Origin: Reclinomonas americana ATCC 50394
Lineage: Eukaryota
NCBI GenBank assembly: GCA_048213135.1
Contig: PS015088.1
Span: 64,180-128,179, forward strand
Length of the DNA stretch: 64,000 nucleotides
Direction of reading: 5' to 3'
A program made the translations under genes and the position numbers. Under the pieces are notes generated by a model. The model made no database searches. It was not told the DNA's origin and saw nothing but the letters and a program-made list of their open reading frames with translations. This document shows positions 61,408 to 64,000 of the stretch, piece by piece; positions within the stretch are counted from its first letter, which is position 1; each line of letters starts with the position of its first letter.

Positions 61408-63614
61408 TCATCCGGGACACCGACTGCGATACTCTTCCACCAGCTCGGCGTTGAGCGAGGGTGTGACCTTTCGCCGTGCGCTGTCAAAGTCCGCCGTGCA
61501 CTGCGCGTTGTCAACAGTGAGCATGAGTTGGAAGGGAGGTCATGGGCATTGTGTCGCACCACCACTGCCGAATTCATATCTCTCCGGAGCGCAGACATGG
61601 CCGCCTCTGTGCACAGCGCTTTGAGCTCGGCTCCCGTCATGAATTCCGTCTGCACACAACATGTCTCAGTGCACCGAGGAGAGTGATGGCGAAAAAAACG
61701 AGCGTCACACCTGCTCGGCGATCCTGGTGAGGTTCAGCCTGTCGTCGAGCGGCATGCCACGCGTGTGCACTCTCAAGATGGCGACACGAGCCTCCAGATC
61801 GGGTGGTGGCACAAACAGCAGGCGATCGAAGCGCCCGGGGCGCAACAGTGCGGCGTCCACCATCTCGGGTCGATTGGTCGCCGCCATCACCAGCACATCT
61901 CGCCGCAGCGCACCGACGCCGTCCATTTCGTTCAACAGCGCCGTGAGAATGCGGTCTCGTACGGCATCTGAGCCCCCACTTTCACCACCATCTCCACGCT
62001 TGCCGACCAGTGCATCGATTTCGTCGAGGAAAATGACGGACGGTGCGGCCAGGGCGGCCTTCTTGAACAGCTCGCGAATGTACCGCTCGGCGTCGCCGAC
62101 ATATGGCGAGTACACGGTGGCACCACTGGTGTGGAGAAAGGTGAGCGACGCAGAGGCCGCGACAGCCCGCGCCAAACTGGTCTTTGCGCAACCCGGCGGT
62201 CCGTGCAGGAGAATGCCGCGCGGTGGCGACAGACCCATGCGCTCAAACGTGTGCCGGTACCGCAGCGGCCACTGGATCGCCTGCGCCAGTGCCAGTTTCA
62301 CGTCCTCCAGGCCACCAATGTCGTCAAACGACGCCACCGGTGCCGACACGCCGACTTCGGCGGCCTCTCGATGCAGCGATGGACGCACCACCGACCGTGC
62401 ATGCTCAAAGTGCGACCGCCCGACGCGCACATTGGCGGCGGCGGCAGCGACAGCCTCTGCGTCGGCGGCCAGAAACGCGACGCGACACAACTCGGCCAGA
62501 TCCGCCCCCACGAATCCAGCGCACGACTCGGCAATCGTCACTGAAGGAAAACAATAGTGAGAGGAGACAAGGACGATGATGGAAAAGCAAGCAATCCATG
62601 CAAACCAAGATCAACATCGTCTGCCAGTCGCATGCGGGAGGTGCGCGCACGCAGGATGGCCACCTTGCCGTCGAGTGACGGTGGCGGTATCTCGATCTCG
62701 CGATCAAAACGACCGGGCCTGCGCAGAGCGGGATCCAACCGTGATGCGGCATTGGTGGCCGCCAGCACCACTACTCCCGATGATTGTTCGCCGGGCGCGT
62801 GATCGAGGTCGTCCATCAGCGTCTGCAATTGCGCGACGATGCGTGCGCCGTAATGACTGCCGACAGAGTCGCGCCGCTGACACAACGCGTCGATCTCATC
62901 CATGAAAATCACCACGGGCCGATTGCGCGATGCTATTTCGCGTGCTTCTGCAAACGCCTCACGCAACCGGCGCTCCGTCTCACCCATGGTGTCGTCGGTG
63001 ACCGACGCACAGTCGATGCACACCACATGCGCGCCGCACTCGCGCGCCACAGCACGCGCAGCACTGGTCTTGCCGACGCCTGGAGGCCCCGTGAGCAGAG
63101 CACCACGCGGTGGACGCACACCCAGTCGAGTGAACACTTCGGGGACGCGGTGCGGCAGCACCACCAGTTCGCGCAGGGAGCGGAGGACGGAGTCGAGCCC
63201 TCCAAGCAACTCTCCCTCCTCTTCCTCCTCCTCCTCTTCGTCCTTGTCATCCTCCGACAGAGGGGAAGGAGACCTCCCTGGTGACGACTGCTGCTGTAAC
63301 CGCAGCCGTGTGTTGGCGGTGACGAAAAAGAAGCGATCGGGCGGAGCACTGGCCTCGGCTGCCACCGCCGTCGAGAAGCGCACATTTGCCACATGCAGTG
63401 GAAGCACGTCGGTCGCTGCCTTATCGTCATCACCGACCGGCATCAACACTGTGACACCGACCTCCAACAGCGGAAAGCGACGCAGGAATGCTTGCACGCG
63501 GGCGGCGTCGACGGGTGATCGAGAAGAAGATGACGACGACGAAGGGCAGTGCACTGTGACGGAGCTGGCGCGGCGAGGGATGGGGCGGCCAGATGTGAGC
63601 ACGTCAATGGTGGC
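61408..63614 (-). CDS. SPATA5L1: Two-domain AAA+ ATPase, SPATA5L1/AFG2B-like (5' end outside the window)
   Basis: D1: PRGALLTGPPGVGKT, IFMDEID, LDPALRRPGRFDRE. D2: PRGILLHGPPGCAKT, YSPYVGDAE, IFLDEID, VDAALLRPGRFDR. Last exon ...KVTPSLNAELVEEYRSRCPG, stop 61408. The GVGKT/GCAKT pair fits AFG2B better than AFG2A or Cdc48 (recalled sequences). Confidence 0.8.
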
Positions 63615-63942
63615 CTGCGAGAGAGGGATGAGAGAAGGGGAAAGGGAGAGGGGAAGGGAGGAAGGGGAAGGGAAAGGGAAGGACAGAGGAGGAGGAGGAG
63701 GAGGAGGAGGAGGAGGAGGAGGAGGAGGAGGAGGAGGAGGAAGAGGAAGAGGAAGAGGAAGACGAAGAGGAAGAAGAAGAAGAAGAAGAAGATGATGAAG
63801 GTGGAAGGGACGTGGAGAAGAAGAAGAGAAGAAGATGATGATGAAGAAGAAGGAAAAGGAGAAGGAGAAGAAGAAGGAGAAGAAGAAGAAGAAGAAGAAG
63901 AAGAACAACAACAACAACAACAAGCAGAACAACACCAAATCC

Positions 63943-64000
<58 letters not shown>

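Noticed and set aside
63660-64000. (GGA)n/(GAA)n/(CAA)n run at the window end, read as poly-Leu/Pro in the ORF track
   Set aside because: It lies upstream of the CAG acceptor at 63615-63617, so it is intron of the AAA ATPase gene.

Overview
Eukaryotic, probably protist, draft-assembly scaffold. It has GC-rich exons, many short GT-AG introns, long (CT)n/(GA)n-rich introns and several N gaps. Most ORF-track entries are low-complexity or antisense artefacts, so I rebuilt genes by hand-splicing. In order: a 5'-partial BtpA/SgcQ-family gene; a ~13 kb GRIP-domain golgin (GCC2-like); two tandem paralogues with variant RING + TRAF-type zinc fingers + coiled coil + TLDc; an ABCG half-transporter; a small hypothetical gene; an RDH-type SDR; coatomer epsilon; an IFI44/IFI44L-like TLDc + P-loop GTPase gene with an extra SAM-like tail; a head-to-head TLDc gene ending in an unassigned alpha/beta domain; an ankyrin + coiled coil + non-RD kinase + HECT fusion; and a 5'-partial SPATA5L1/AFG2B-like AAA ATPase. 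The most striking signal is four TLDc genes in three architectures within ~35 kb, next to the kinase-HECT ligase. This may be an innate-immune or ubiquitin-signalling locus, which is inference. All family calls come from motif recognition and recalled reference sequences; no database search was run.
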